Below are positions 19,729-30,439 of a stretch of 64,000 bases of DNA, piece after piece; positions within the stretch are counted from its first letter, which is position 1; each line of letters opens with the position of its first letter. The position numbers and the translations under genes were made by a program. The stretch covers positions 225,579-289,578 of the forward strand of contig CALKFG010000006.1 of assembly GCA_938084575.1 (NCBI GenBank). The letters run 5' to 3'. This DNA is from an uncultured Hyphomonadaceae bacterium (GTDB lineage Bacteria > Pseudomonadota > Alphaproteobacteria > Caulobacterales > Hyphomonadaceae). The notes under the pieces are model-generated. The model had not been told where the DNA came from. It saw only the letters and a list, made by a program, of their open reading frames with translations, and ran no database searches.

Positions 19729-20570
19729 CCTTGGCAGCGGCTGCAAAAGAAGCTCGATCGACCCGACTGGACAATGCGTTTGATCGGATTGCTGCACCTG
19801 TTACATGGCTGGTTCTCGCGATCATAGACGTTGAACTGATGCTGGAAGTAACCAAGATCTCCGCTTGCATTTGCAAAATCCGAAATGCTGGAGCCGCCGG
19901 CGTCGATTGCATTCGCTATAACCTGATTGATCGCTGCGGTCAGGCGTGTGGTTCGCATTCTCGCAATGCTCTTAGCGCGGCGACGCGGGCTTATTCCGGC
20001 CAGAAACAAGGCCTCACAAACATATATATTTCCGAGGCCTGCGACGACTTTCTGGTCAAGCAAGGCTGATTTGACCGGCGTGTTCTTGTGGCGTAGCCGG
20101 GCATCCAAAGCCGCTGCAGAAAAGTGATTGGTCAGGGGCTCCGGTCCGAGATCCACCAGCCTCGGATAGGTGTCAAATATGTGACTGGGCCAGAGCTCCA
20201 TGAAACCAAAACGCCGGGGGTCGTTATAAGTGACGCTTATTCCGTCCGACATGCCGAATACAACATGGTCGTGTTTGACCGCCGCGGGGTTCTGATAATG
20301 GAAGTCACCGAGTTGGTCGCCTTTGACGGTAAAGCGGCCGGTCATGCCGAGATGCATGACAAGAGTTTCCCCGGTTGAAAGCTCTGCCGTCAGGAATTTG
20401 GCGCGCCTTCCTAGCCGAACCAGTTCTGCGCCGGTTATCCGGCCAACAAAGTTTTCCGGCATCGGAAATCGCAAGTCTGGCCGATTCAGCTTTACGGCCT
20501 CGAAGCGTCGCCCCTCCATGGCAGGGGCGAGTCCCCGGCGAACAGTTTCAACTTCTGGAAGTTCTGGCAT
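19725..20570 (-). CDS. mutM: Formamidopyrimidine-DNA glycosylase
   Basis: 281 aa. N-terminal MPELPEVE and C-terminal zinc finger CxxC...CxxC (CNRC...CSRC). Confidence 0.93.
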   Translation of the reverse strand: MPELPEVETVRRGLAPAMEGRRFEAVKLNRPDLRFPMPENFVGRITGAELVRLGRRAKFLTAELSTGETLVMHLGMTGRFTVKGDQLGDFHYQNPAAVKHDHVVFGMSDGISVTYNDPRRFGFMELWPSHIFDTYPRLVDLGPEPLTNHFSAAALDARLRHKNTPVKSALLDQKVVAGLGNIYVCEALFLAGISPRRRAKSIARMRTTRLTAAINQVIANAIDAGGSSISDFANASGDLGYFQHQFNVYDRENQPCNRCSNPIKRIVQSGRSSFFCSRCQG

Positions 20571-20585
20571 GGGAGGTCCAGCGGA

Positions 20586-21578
20586 TCAGACTGTGACCAC
20601 CACTTTTCCCATGGCTTTCCGATCCATCAATTCACGAATCGCGTCCGCACCCCGTTCAAGGGGGTAGGCGTTGGAAATATGCGGGCGGATTTTGCCGGCC
20701 CTGTAGAGGTCGAACATTTCAGCCAGATCTGCAGCATTTCTTTGGGGATCGCGAGCCACAGCTGCACCCCAGAAGACGCCACGGACATCGCAGGATTTCA
20801 GCAGGGTAAGGTTCAGCGGCAGGGCCGGAATCCCAGCCGGAAACCCGACCACGAGGAAACGACCTTCCCAGTTCATGGCCCGCAGGGAGGGCTCGGCATA
20901 ATCGCCACCGACCCCATCATAAATGATGTCGACACCGCCGCCGCTGATGTCTTTTATCTGATTGGACAGGTTTTTCTGCTGGGTGCGATCAAGCGGCGCA
21001 TGCTCATAAACCAGCCCTTTGTCGGCACCCTTGGACAGACAGAAATCAACTTTCTCCTGAGTCGAGCAAGCCGCAATAACTTCCAGCCCCATGGCTTTTC
21101 CGATTTCAACTGCCGCAAGACCAACGCCTCCGGCTGCGCCGAGTACCAGAAGCCGCTCGCCGGGCTTGGGGTCGGCTCGGTGTTTCAGTGCGTAGTAGGA
21201 TGTCCCGTAGGTCATAACGAAAGCAGCGGCTTCTTCGAAGGGCACGCTGTCTGGAATAGGGATACAGCGACTGGCGTCGAGCGCGATCTCTTCACGCATT
21301 CCACCCCAGCCGCAAGAGCCGATGACCCGCTGACCGACTGCCAGTCCGGTTACGCCTTCTCCGACTTCGCGAATTACGCCTGAGACTTCCCCCCCGGGGC
21401 TGAAAGGGCGTTGCGGCTTGAACTGATACATATCCTGAATGATCAGGCTGTCTGGGAAGTTCACGCCAATGGCCTTGACCGAAATCACGACCTCACCCTT
21501 ACCGGCCTGTGGACTTTCTATGTCTTCCATAACCAGCGTTTCGGGGCCGCCGGGGGCCTTTGATAAGAGCGCTTTCAT
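20586..21578 (-). CDS. NADPH:quinone oxidoreductase-family medium-chain dehydrogenase
   Basis: 330 aa. MDR fold, nucleotide-binding GAAGGVGLAAVEIGK. Confidence 0.85.
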   Translation of the reverse strand: MKALLSKAPGGPETLVMEDIESPQAGKGEVVISVKAIGVNFPDSLIIQDMYQFKPQRPFSPGGEVSGVIREVGEGVTGLAVGQRVIGSCGWGGMREEIALDASRCIPIPDSVPFEEAAAFVMTYGTSYYALKHRADPKPGERLLVLGAAGGVGLAAVEIGKAMGLEVIAACSTQEKVDFCLSKGADKGLVYEHAPLDRTQQKNLSNQIKDISGGGVDIIYDGVGGDYAEPSLRAMNWEGRFLVVGFPAGIPALPLNLTLLKSCDVRGVFWGAAVARDPQRNAADLAEMFDLYRAGKIRPHISNAYPLERGADAIRELMDRKAMGKVVVTV

Positions 21579-21667
21579 GACCGTTTCCTCACCTCATTCG
21601 TTGACGCCCCTTTGGTAGCCGTGGCAACCCAACATGTGAAGCTATAACGTCGCGGAGAGATCGCATT

Positions 21668-21994
21668 ATGCAAATTGTCCTGTTCTGGACGTTGACTGGA
21701 CTGGCAGCGTTTGGCTGGGCTCTGGCTTTCCAGATGCGTGTCATGGTGGCTTTGGTCCTGCGGCGGGCTTTGGCGGAGACAGACGGCACCCTAGGTCATC
21801 GTCAAAAAGCCAATGCTGTTGTGGCCCTGGCGGTGAGGCCAGGGACGTGTGATGACATCAATGCTCAGCATTTGCGGGAATCTTACCCGGCTGCGCTTGG
21901 ACATCTTCGTACAGCGCGTGTTTTTAGCGGTGTTCTGCCAGTCTTGCTGAGCGCGTTGCTGGGGTTGGGAAGGTTTGTCTGGGGGGTGATATGA
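21668..21994 (+). CDS. Hypothetical membrane protein
   Basis: 108 aa with hydrophobic helices at both ends. Its stop overlaps the next gene's start (ATGATG/TGA coupling). Confidence 0.45.
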   Translation: MQIVLFWTLTGLAAFGWALAFQMRVMVALVLRRALAETDGTLGHRQKANAVVALAVRPGTCDDINAQHLRESYPAALGHLRTARVFSGVLPVLLSALLGLGRFVWGVI

Positions 21995-22476
21995 TGCGCG
22001 GGTATTTTGCGATCGGGGCGGAGGGAATTTCCAAGCCTATGAATCTGGGGGCCTTGATGCGGACCGCAAATGCTTTTGGGGCCAGCTTCGTTTTCAGCCT
22101 GCGTGCCGCGGACAGGGTTCGTCTGGCCTATAAATCCGACACGTCCAGAACGTTTAAGAACATCCCATATTATCAATGGGGCAGCCTTGACGACATGGCT
22201 TTGCCCAAAGGATGTCAGCTCGTGGGCGTCGAGCTGACCGAGGATGCGGTTGACCTGCCGGAGTTCCGACATCCAAGGGCTGCCGCATATGTCCTCGGAC
22301 GTGAAAGGGGCGATTTGTCGGATGAAATGCTGGCGCGCTGCGATCACGTCGTAAAAATTCCAACCAGATTTTGTTTGAATGTCAGCCTGGCTGGCGCCCT
22401 GGTCATGTATGACCGGGTTCGCAGCATGGGGAACTGGCGCGACCGTCCTGTCATGCCTGGCGGACCGTCTGGCTGA
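21991..22476 (+). CDS. SpoU/TrmH-family RNA 2'-O-methyltransferase (short form)
   Basis: 161 aa. SpoU motifs NLGALMRTANAFG, YVLGRERGDLS, IPTRFCLNVSLAGALVMYD. Confidence 0.8.
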   Translation: MMRGYFAIGAEGISKPMNLGALMRTANAFGASFVFSLRAADRVRLAYKSDTSRTFKNIPYYQWGSLDDMALPKGCQLVGVELTEDAVDLPEFRHPRAAAYVLGRERGDLSDEMLARCDHVVKIPTRFCLNVSLAGALVMYDRVRSMGNWRDRPVMPGGPSG

Positions 22477-22650
22477 AGTCGCCTCAAATTCCTCGAAAAC
22501 GGATAGGAATTGGGCAGGGTTTGTTCCCCGGCTCCATCCCACATCTTATTTTGACGGGCACTGTTTTTTATTTTTTTGCGTTGGGTCTATTCCCGCAATG
22601 GGTGTAAGACCTTGCCTTGTTTTGACTGGCCTGACCGGGAGCTTTTCAGC

Positions 22651-23841
22651 ATGCGTCGAACCCTCTTTAGCTTTGTTGCGGTCCTTTTTCTGGTGTCATG
22701 TGTCAGCCAGCCTGTGGTTTTGACGAAGCTGTTCAAGCCAAAACCCGAAACGCCTCAACAGGCTCTTGCCTATTATTATGACACCATTCCTGATGCGGAC
22801 CTGCCGGTGGCACCGCCGGGGGCGGCTCTCCCGTCTGAAGAGGCTATTTTGACCTCGATACTGATTGGGTCCTGTCTCGATGAAGAGCGGGCTGAGCCAG
22901 CCGAGACCCTGATGCGGATTGCTGAAACGCCCGCCGATCTGTTTCTAATGATTGGTGACAATGTCTACGGGGACAAGGATGGACCCGCCTACATCAATAA
23001 TGATGCCGATCTGACGGAGCTTCGGGCGTCTTTTGCGGAACTTGCTGAACGCCCAGATTTCCTCGCTGTGCGGCAGTCAAAGCCGATGATGGTTGCTTGG
23101 GACGACCATGATTCAGGCGCAAATGATATGGGCATTGGCTTTGCCTTTCGGGGGTTCGCGGAACGAATCCACGAGCGGTTTTGGGGGTTGGAGTCGGAGG
23201 ATGTCGGCCATTGGGCGGGGACATACTATGCGCGACGCTTTGGTCCCGAGGGTAAGCGGGTGCAGATTATCATGCTCGATACCCGGTCGTTTCGGTCTGA
23301 TCTGACACCGACGGAGACTTGGGGGGCGCCGGGGCAGGAGCGCTATCAGCCTGCCGTTGCAGGAAGCATGCAGGACATGCTTGGTGCGGTGCAGTGGACC
23401 TGGTTGGAAAACCAGCTCCAGCAGCCTGCCGACCTTCGCCTGATTGTGTCTTCCATTCAGGTTTTGCCGACCAGTCACGGCTGGGAAGCCTGGGCGACAC
23501 TTCCGGATGAGCGGTCACGGTTGTTCGATCTGATTAACCGAACGGGGGCAGCGGGTGTCGTTTTTATATCCGGTGATCGTCACAGCGCCTTTCTGTATGA
23601 AAACAGCACGGTATTGTCTTATAAGGCGGCCGAGCTCACCACTTCATCTCTGAATTTGAGCTTCTCGAAAGAAACATTCGAAATGGATCAACATCAGGTC
23701 GGTGCGGGATTCAGTCCTGAAAATTTTGGCGCAGTTCAAATCGACTGGGACGCGCGAACCCTCGATTTCGAAATTCGTGATGCAAGGGGCGAGACCGTTC
23801 GTGCGCACAAAGTCCGGTTTTCCGAATTAGGCCTCGATTAG
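22651..23841 (+). CDS. PhoD-like metallophosphatase lipoprotein
   Basis: Lipobox LVSC after MRRTLFSFVAVLF (start at ATG 22651). MIGDNVYGD, WDDHD, GDRH motifs. Confidence 0.75.
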   Translation: MRRTLFSFVAVLFLVSCVSQPVVLTKLFKPKPETPQQALAYYYDTIPDADLPVAPPGAALPSEEAILTSILIGSCLDEERAEPAETLMRIAETPADLFLMIGDNVYGDKDGPAYINNDADLTELRASFAELAERPDFLAVRQSKPMMVAWDDHDSGANDMGIGFAFRGFAERIHERFWGLESEDVGHWAGTYYARRFGPEGKRVQIIMLDTRSFRSDLTPTETWGAPGQERYQPAVAGSMQDMLGAVQWTWLENQLQQPADLRLIVSSIQVLPTSHGWEAWATLPDERSRLFDLINRTGAAGVVFISGDRHSAFLYENSTVLSYKAAELTTSSLNLSFSKETFEMDQHQVGAGFSPENFGAVQIDWDARTLDFEIRDARGETVRAHKVRFSELGLD

Positions 23842-23872
23842 GTCCGAGACTGGCTTTTGTCGGGGGGAGGTC

Positions 23873-25108
23873 ATGGCGGATTATAGAAATATCACGGCCT
23901 TGGTGCTTGGGGTCACTCTGCTTCAGCTTGCCGGGGGTATTCTGGGCGTGATTACGCCGCTTGGGCTTGCAACGCTTAAGGCCGGCAGCTTCTCTATCGG
24001 CGTTGTTGCCGCCCTGAATTCAGTTGGTTTCATGGCCGGAGCCTGGCAGGCGAACATTGCGATAAGAACTTTCGGTCATATTCGTGTTCATGCTGCGGCG
24101 GCAGCCATGACGGCGATCACCATTCTGCTGATGCATATGATCCCGAATCTTTTGGCATGGTCTTTTATCCGGGTCGTTCAGGGGGTTTCGCTCGCCCTGA
24201 TGTTCGCGAGTCTCGAATCCTGGCTGGGCGCGGCAATGCCTGCGCAGCGGCGGGGCTCAATAAGCGGTTTTTATCATCTGATGACCAAAGTGGCGCTAAT
24301 CGCCGGGCCATTTTTTGCCTTTGGCATGTCGGTTGTCGACCCGCGCCCTTACATGTGGGGGGCGATCTTCATCGGCTTATCCATGCTTCCCATCTGCTTG
24401 ACCCGGCGGGAGCAGCCTGCGCCACCAGACGTTGAACCACTTCCCCTTAACCGCCTGGTCGGTCTGGCGCCGTCCGCCGTTTTTGCCTGTTTCATGGCGG
24501 GGGTAATTAACACCGGGACGCTGTCGCTACTGCCCCTCTATGCGGTTGAGGCTTTTGCCAGATTGGGGGAGGGTCCGACCTCGATTGCGGCCATCGCGAC
24601 CGCTGCAGCATGGATAGGCGGTTTGGTCAGCCAATGGCCCGCCGGGAAAATTTCAGACCGCATAGACCGCCGTCTGGTGATTGCCTTCATGGCTGCGATC
24701 TCAGCACTGGCTGCTCTGTTGCTGGGGCTTGGGCTGCCTTTTCCACCGGAAATTCATCTTTTTCTTATTGGAGTTTGGGGCGCCGGGTCATTGTCTTTTT
24801 ATGGCGTTGCGGTCGCGCATATTATTGACTGGTCACCCCCTCAGAAAATTGGCCGGGTTATGACGGGTCTGCTTTTTGTTTGGGCCTTAGGGTCGGTGAT
24901 CGGGCCTATTCTCGCCGGTATGTCACTTTATTCTCCGCTTGGAACAAGAACTCTGTTCCTGATGATGGGCGGCTTGTCCCTGATTCTGGCCCTGGCGCAG
25001 CTGTTGAGGCGTGCAGCCCGCCCGCCTGCGCCGGAGGATTTACAGGAACCGTGGTCGCCAACAACCCCGCTTTTGGTTGGACGAGGTGAGGTAGATCCGC
25101 GCGCCTGA
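23873..25108 (+). CDS. MFS transporter
   Basis: 411 aa, about 12 TM helices, typical MFS loop motifs. Confidence 0.8.
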   Translation: MADYRNITALVLGVTLLQLAGGILGVITPLGLATLKAGSFSIGVVAALNSVGFMAGAWQANIAIRTFGHIRVHAAAAAMTAITILLMHMIPNLLAWSFIRVVQGVSLALMFASLESWLGAAMPAQRRGSISGFYHLMTKVALIAGPFFAFGMSVVDPRPYMWGAIFIGLSMLPICLTRREQPAPPDVEPLPLNRLVGLAPSAVFACFMAGVINTGTLSLLPLYAVEAFARLGEGPTSIAAIATAAAWIGGLVSQWPAGKISDRIDRRLVIAFMAAISALAALLLGLGLPFPPEIHLFLIGVWGAGSLSFYGVAVAHIIDWSPPQKIGRVMTGLLFVWALGSVIGPILAGMSLYSPLGTRTLFLMMGGLSLILALAQLLRRAARPPAPEDLQEPWSPTTPLLVGRGEVDPRA

Positions 25109-25204
25109 ACAGGCGTCCTTGTCACCCGGTTCGGCAGTGTTATAAGCGGCGCGTTCTGCGCAGGTGCACACGCGCTCGCATCCATTGGAAGAGGCTGATT
25201 CCCT

Positions 25205-26395
25205 ATGAATATTCACGAATATCAAGCCAAGGCCGTTTTGAAGTCTTTTGGCGCCCCTGTTGCAGAGGGCGTGCCCGTTTTGACCCCAGAAGACATTGAT
25301 GCGGCGGTTGATGCGCTTCCCGGGCCACTTTGGGTGGTCAAGTCTCAAATTCATGCCGGCGGCCGGGGTAAAGGATCTTTTGTCGAAGCTGAGGCTGGCG
25401 AGAAAGGCGGCGTTCGCCTCGCTTTTTCGCGTGAGGAAGCCCGTGATCACGCTCGCGCAATGTTGGGGCGTCATCTTGTCACCGCGCAAACATCTGATCA
25501 GGGCAAACAGGTCAATCGTCTGTACATCGAAGATGGTGCTGACATCGAAAGTGAGCTCTACCTTTCCATTCTGGTGGATCGGGGAACAGGTCAGGTAGCC
25601 TTTGTCGTGTCGACAGAGGGCGGCATGGATATCGAGCAGGTTGCACATGACACGCCTGAGAAAATTTTGACCCTGCCGGTCGGAATGGCGGTGACCGCTG
25701 AAGATGCGGCTGCTTTGTGCGATGCGCTTGGCCTCGAGGGACCGGCAAGAGCGGACGGGATGGATTTGTTCCCGAACCTCTTCACGGCTTTTGTCGACAA
25801 GGATATGTCGATGTTGGAGATCAATCCTCTGATCGTGATGAAAGACAACCGTCTGCGCGTCCTCGACGCCAAGGTGTCCTTCGATGGCAATGCGCTTTTC
25901 CGGCACCCCGACATTATGGAGCTGCGGGACACCACCGAGGAAGATGAAAAAGAAATCGAGGCCTCTGAGTGGGACCTCGCCTACATTGCGCTTGATGGAA
26001 CTATTGGCTGCATGGTCAATGGCGCCGGTTTGGCCATGGCAACCATGGATATTATCAAGCTTTATGGCGAAGAGCCGGCCAATTTCTGTGACGTGGGCGG
26101 CGGCGCCGACGCCGCAAAGGTCGCCGCTGCCTTTAAGATCATCATGAAAGACCCGAATGTGAAGGGTATCCTTGTCAACATCTTTGGCGGGATCATGAAG
26201 TGCGATGTGATCGCTGAGGGCGTGATTCAGGCGGTCAAGGAGACCAATCTCAGCGTGCCCTTGGTGGTGCGGCTGGAAGGTACCAATGTCGAGCAGGGCA
26301 AGGCCATTTTGGCCGGATCAGATCTCAATATCATTCCTGCGGATGACCTTGATGACGCTGCTCAGAAAATCGTTTCTGCTGTGAAAGGCGCTTAA
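25205..26395 (+). CDS. sucC: Succinate-CoA ligase (ADP-forming) beta subunit
   Basis: 396 aa. MNIHEYQAK start and ATP-grasp domain. Followed by sucD. Confidence 0.96.
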   Translation: MNIHEYQAKAVLKSFGAPVAEGVPVLTPEDIDAAVDALPGPLWVVKSQIHAGGRGKGSFVEAEAGEKGGVRLAFSREEARDHARAMLGRHLVTAQTSDQGKQVNRLYIEDGADIESELYLSILVDRGTGQVAFVVSTEGGMDIEQVAHDTPEKILTLPVGMAVTAEDAAALCDALGLEGPARADGMDLFPNLFTAFVDKDMSMLEINPLIVMKDNRLRVLDAKVSFDGNALFRHPDIMELRDTTEEDEKEIEASEWDLAYIALDGTIGCMVNGAGLAMATMDIIKLYGEEPANFCDVGGGADAAKVAAAFKIIMKDPNVKGILVNIFGGIMKCDVIAEGVIQAVKETNLSVPLVVRLEGTNVEQGKAILAGSDLNIIPADDLDDAAQKIVSAVKGA

Positions 26396-26398
26396 GTC

Positions 26399-27304
26399 AT
26401 GTCCATACTTATTGATCAGAATACCAAGGTCATCGTTCAGGGACTGACGGGTAAGACGGGGTCCTTCCATACCAACCAGGCGCTGGAATATTTCGGCACC
26501 AAAATGGTGGCTGGGACGCACCCCAAAAAGGCGGGGACGAGCTGGACAGCGGATAATGGGCAACAGCTTCCTATATACGCCAATGCAGCGGAGGCCAAAG
26601 ATGCCACTGGCGCGGATGCGACGGTCATTTATGTGCCGCCTGCAGGGGCTGCAGCCGCTATTGAAGAGGCAATTGATGCTGAGATTCCCCTGATTGTCTG
26701 CATCACCGAAGGCGTGCCGGTGCTCGACATGGTTCGGGTTAAAGCAAAGCTGGATGCATCAAACTGCCGTCTGATTGGTCCAAATTGCCCTGGGGTATTG
26801 ACGCCGGAAGCCTGTAAAATCGGGATTATGCCGGGAAAAATCTTCAAGAAGGGCAGCGTCGGCGTCGTGTCACGATCTGGAACCCTGACCTATGAAGCTG
26901 TGTATCAGACCACTGTGGCCGGCCTCGGGCAAACGACCGCCGTCGGCATTGGCGGCGATCCCGTCAAGGGAACTGAATTTATCGACATGCTGGAAATGTT
27001 CCTCAGCGATGATGCCACCGAGCAGATTATTATGATTGGAGAGATTGGTGGTTCCGCAGAGGAAGAAGCCGCTCAGTTTCTGCGCGACGAGGCGGCGAGG
27101 GGGCGCAGGAAGCCCATGGTTGGCTTCATCGCTGGACGTACAGCGCCGAAAGGACGGACGATGGGCCATGCCGGGGCGATTGTGTCGGGCGGCCAGGGGG
27201 ACGCAGAATCCAAAATCGCGGCCATGGAGGCTGCGGGCATCCGAGTATCACCGAGCCCTGCACGGCTTGGCACGACTATGCTAGAACTCTTAAAAGGGTC
27301 CTGA
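26399..27304 (+). CDS. sucD: Succinate-CoA ligase alpha subunit
   Basis: 301 aa. SRSGTLTYE and phospho-His region GHAGAI. Confidence 0.96.
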   Translation: MSILIDQNTKVIVQGLTGKTGSFHTNQALEYFGTKMVAGTHPKKAGTSWTADNGQQLPIYANAAEAKDATGADATVIYVPPAGAAAAIEEAIDAEIPLIVCITEGVPVLDMVRVKAKLDASNCRLIGPNCPGVLTPEACKIGIMPGKIFKKGSVGVVSRSGTLTYEAVYQTTVAGLGQTTAVGIGGDPVKGTEFIDMLEMFLSDDATEQIIMIGEIGGSAEEEAAQFLRDEAARGRRKPMVGFIAGRTAPKGRTMGHAGAIVSGGQGDAESKIAAMEAAGIRVSPSPARLGTTMLELLKGS

Positions 27305-27387
27305 GACCCAAAGGACAGCGGCCGCGGCGGCCGGTCGGGACGCAGTTAAGCCCGCCGGACATCGATATGGAAGAAGGACACTAGATC

Positions 27388-30300
27388 ATGGCAGACGACG
27401 GATCCGCATTGGGGGGCGGGCGAAGTGCTGACAATTCTGCCTTGCTAGATACCGCATTCCTCTACGGAGGCAGCGCCGCTTGGATTGAACAGATGCAGGC
27501 GAAATATGCCCGCGATCCGTCATCGGTGCCGGAAAGCTGGCGCGACTTCTTTGAGCGGCTGGGTGATGAAAGCGATTTAGCTGCGCGCAACGCTGAAGGG
27601 GCCAGCTGGCGTCGGCGGTCTTGGCCTCTGGAAGCTGATCGGGAAACAGTTGCAGCATTTGATGGCAACTGGACGCTGTTAGAGCCGCGTCTGGAAGAAA
27701 AAATCCGGTCCGACACGCCGGCCGCGTCAGAAGAAGAAATTGCGCGATCCGTCAAGGATTCCGTTCGAGCGCTGATGATGATCAGGGCCTATCGGGTCAG
27801 GGGGCATTTGCGCGCACAGCTCGACCCTCTCAGGTTGGATGCTGAGGAAGATCAGCCCGAGCTTGATCCGGCCAGCTATGGTTTTGGGCCTGGCGACATG
27901 GACCGGAAAATTTTTATAGATGGTGTTCTGGGTCTGGATCATGCCAGCGTCACCACAATTATAGAGATCCTTCGCCGAACCTATTGTTCTACTCTGGGCA
28001 TCGAATTCCAGCATATTTCTGACCCTGATGAAAAAGCGTGGTTGCAGGAGCGTATTGAGGGTCCGGACAAGGGCGTCGCGTTTACCAAAGAAGGTAAGCG
28101 GGCGATCCTGACCAAGCTGATTGAGGCGGAAACGTTTGAGCGGTTTCTGCACAAGCGGTATCCCGGCACCAAGCGATTTGGGCTGGACGGGGCCGAATCT
28201 GCGGTGCCGGCTCTCGAACAGATTATCAAGCGCGGCGGCGCGCTTGGTGTAAATGAAATTATTATCGGCATGCCTCACAGGGGGCGGCTGAACATGCTCG
28301 GTGCGGTCATGGGCAAGCCGTATGAGAAAATTTTCCACGAATTCATGGGAGGCTCGACGCAGGGCGCGGATGATTTCGGGTCGGGTGACGTGAAGTATCA
28401 TTTGGGGGCGTCATCTGATCGTGAATTCGACGGCAATCGAGTGCATCTGACGATGAATGCGAACCCCTCCCACCTCGAGGCAGTCGATCCCGTTGTTCTG
28501 GGACGGACCCGCGCCAAGCAGACCATGGAAGCGGAGGCAACGGGTGAACTTGACCGGAGCCACAAGCTGCCCTTGTTGCTCCATGGTGATGCGGCATTCG
28601 CAGGTCAGGGTGTGGTGGCCGAATGTTTTGCTCTGTCCGGGCTTCAGGGTTACCGGACTGGCGGCACGATCCATTTTATCGTGAACAACCAGATCGGTTT
28701 CACCACCAGCCCAATGTATTCCCGTTCTTCGCCCTACCCCTCGGACGTTGCCCTGATGGTGCAGGCCCCCATTTTTCATGTGAATGGTGATGACCCAGAG
28801 GCTGTGGTCTATGCCGCAAAGGTCGGAACCGAATATCGCCAGAAATTTGGCAAGGACGTCGTGATCGATATGTTCTGCTATCGCCGATTTGGCCACAATG
28901 AGGGTGACGAGCCGATGTTCACCCAACCTGTCATGTATGAGAGAATCAAGGGCCATCCATCAGCGCGCGAACTCTATGCCCGGCGCCTCATCGACGAAGG
29001 CCTTTTCACGGCTGACGAGGTCGCGGAACAAATCGTCGAATTTGAACGGCTACTGGATACAGCTTTCGAAGATGGAAAGTCATCGGGTAAAAATAAGGCG
29101 GACTGGTTAGAAGGTGAATGGTCTGGCCTCGGTTTGCCACTGGATGATGACCGGAGGGGAACCACGGGTGTTTCCAAGGCCAGACTGAAAGCCCTTGGAA
29201 CAAGCATCACGACGGTCCCTGAAAATATTCAGATTCACCGGACACTGAATCGCGTGGTTAAGGCCCGCGCTGATGCCGTGAAATCTGAAAAAGGATTGGA
29301 CTGGTCCACGGCAGAGCACCTGGCTTTTGCAACTTTGCTCGAGGAAGGGTTCCCGATCCGACTGTCCGGCCAGGACAGTGGGCGGGGCACCTTTTCCCAG
29401 CGCCACAGCCACTTCGTTGATCAGCAAACCGGCAACCTCTACACCCCGCTTTGTAATCTCGGTGAAGGATCTGCCGATTATGAGGTGATCGATTCGCTGC
29501 TCTCGGAAGAAGCTGTGCTGGGCTATGAATATGGCTACTCTCTTGCCAATCCGAATGCCCTGACGCTCTGGGAGGCTCAGTTCGGTGACTTCTGTAATGG
29601 CGCTCAGGTCTTCTTTGATCAGTTCATCTCCTCCTCTGAACGAAAATGGCTGCGGATGAGCGGTTTGGTTTGCTTGCTGCCGCACGGGTATGAAGGCCAG
29701 GGTCCAGAGCATTCGTCAGCGCGTCTCGAGCGCTTTCTGCAAATGTGTGCGGAGGACAACATGCAGGTATGTAACCTCACTACGCCGTCGAATTATTTCC
29801 ACGCCCTGCGCCGCCAGATCCACCGTGATTTCCGTAAGCCTCTGATCATTATGACGCCGAAATCGCTTTTAAGGCATAAGCTGGCTGTCAGCACACTGGA
29901 TGACCTGAATACCAAATCTTCCTTCCACCGTGTTCTTTGGGATGATGCGGAAACACCGGGCCGGGAGGGGAAGGTCGTCCTTCAGCCGGATAATAAAATC
30001 CGCCGGGTCGTTCTGTGTTCCGGCAAGGTCTATTATGACTTGTTTGAGGCACGCGAAGAGAGTGGCGCAGATGACATTTATCTGCTGCGGATTGAGCAAT
30101 TCTACCCGGTTCCGCGCAAGGCGCTGATGACAGAGCTGGCGCGGTTTCCGCACGCAGAACTGGCCTGGTGTCAGGAAGAGCCGCGCAATATGGGGGGCTG
30201 GACGTTTATCCGGGACGAGATCGAATTTGTTGCTTCCCGCTTGGGGCTTAAAGCGCGTCGGCCGAAATATTGCGGTCGCCCGCCATCCGCTGCGACAGCC

Positions 30301-30390
30301 ACGGGCCTTCTCGCGACCCATAACAGGGAAAAGGAAGCCTTCTTGTCAAAAGCGCTTGGCGATGCGCCGGTAGATGATGGTATGGCTTAG
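27388..30390 (+). CDS. sucA: 2-oxoglutarate dehydrogenase E1 component
   Basis: 1000 aa. ThDP-dependent E1o blocks (GMPHRGRLN, HGDAAFAGQGVV, RFGHNEGDEP). Confidence 0.96.
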   Translation: MADDGSALGGGRSADNSALLDTAFLYGGSAAWIEQMQAKYARDPSSVPESWRDFFERLGDESDLAARNAEGASWRRRSWPLEADRETVAAFDGNWTLLEPRLEEKIRSDTPAASEEEIARSVKDSVRALMMIRAYRVRGHLRAQLDPLRLDAEEDQPELDPASYGFGPGDMDRKIFIDGVLGLDHASVTTIIEILRRTYCSTLGIEFQHISDPDEKAWLQERIEGPDKGVAFTKEGKRAILTKLIEAETFERFLHKRYPGTKRFGLDGAESAVPALEQIIKRGGALGVNEIIIGMPHRGRLNMLGAVMGKPYEKIFHEFMGGSTQGADDFGSGDVKYHLGASSDREFDGNRVHLTMNANPSHLEAVDPVVLGRTRAKQTMEAEATGELDRSHKLPLLLHGDAAFAGQGVVAECFALSGLQGYRTGGTIHFIVNNQIGFTTSPMYSRSSPYPSDVALMVQAPIFHVNGDDPEAVVYAAKVGTEYRQKFGKDVVIDMFCYRRFGHNEGDEPMFTQPVMYERIKGHPSARELYARRLIDEGLFTADEVAEQIVEFERLLDTAFEDGKSSGKNKADWLEGEWSGLGLPLDDDRRGTTGVSKARLKALGTSITTVPENIQIHRTLNRVVKARADAVKSEKGLDWSTAEHLAFATLLEEGFPIRLSGQDSGRGTFSQRHSHFVDQQTGNLYTPLCNLGEGSADYEVIDSLLSEEAVLGYEYGYSLANPNALTLWEAQFGDFCNGAQVFFDQFISSSERKWLRMSGLVCLLPHGYEGQGPEHSSARLERFLQMCAEDNMQVCNLTTPSNYFHALRRQIHRDFRKPLIIMTPKSLLRHKLAVSTLDDLNTKSSFHRVLWDDAETPGREGKVVLQPDNKIRRVVLCSGKVYYDLFEAREESGADDIYLLRIEQFYPVPRKALMTELARFPHAELAWCQEEPRNMGGWTFIRDEIEFVASRLGLKARRPKYCGRPPSAATATGLLATHNREKEAFLSKALGDAPVDDGMA

Positions 30391-30439
30391 GTGATCTGCC
30401 AGCGGATGACCGCGAACGACGATTGAACAGAGAGATCTC

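Noticed and set aside
22563-22578. T-rich tract CTGTTTTTTATTTTTTTG upstream of the PhoD-like gene, considered as a terminator or Pho box
   Set aside because: There is no convincing GC stem immediately upstream and no CTGTCAT-type direct repeats. It may simply be an AT-rich promoter or UP region.
25040-25906. 288-aa minus-strand ORF
   Set aside because: It is antisense to the sucC 5' half. The sucC identity is unambiguous, and there is no independent support for the ORF.
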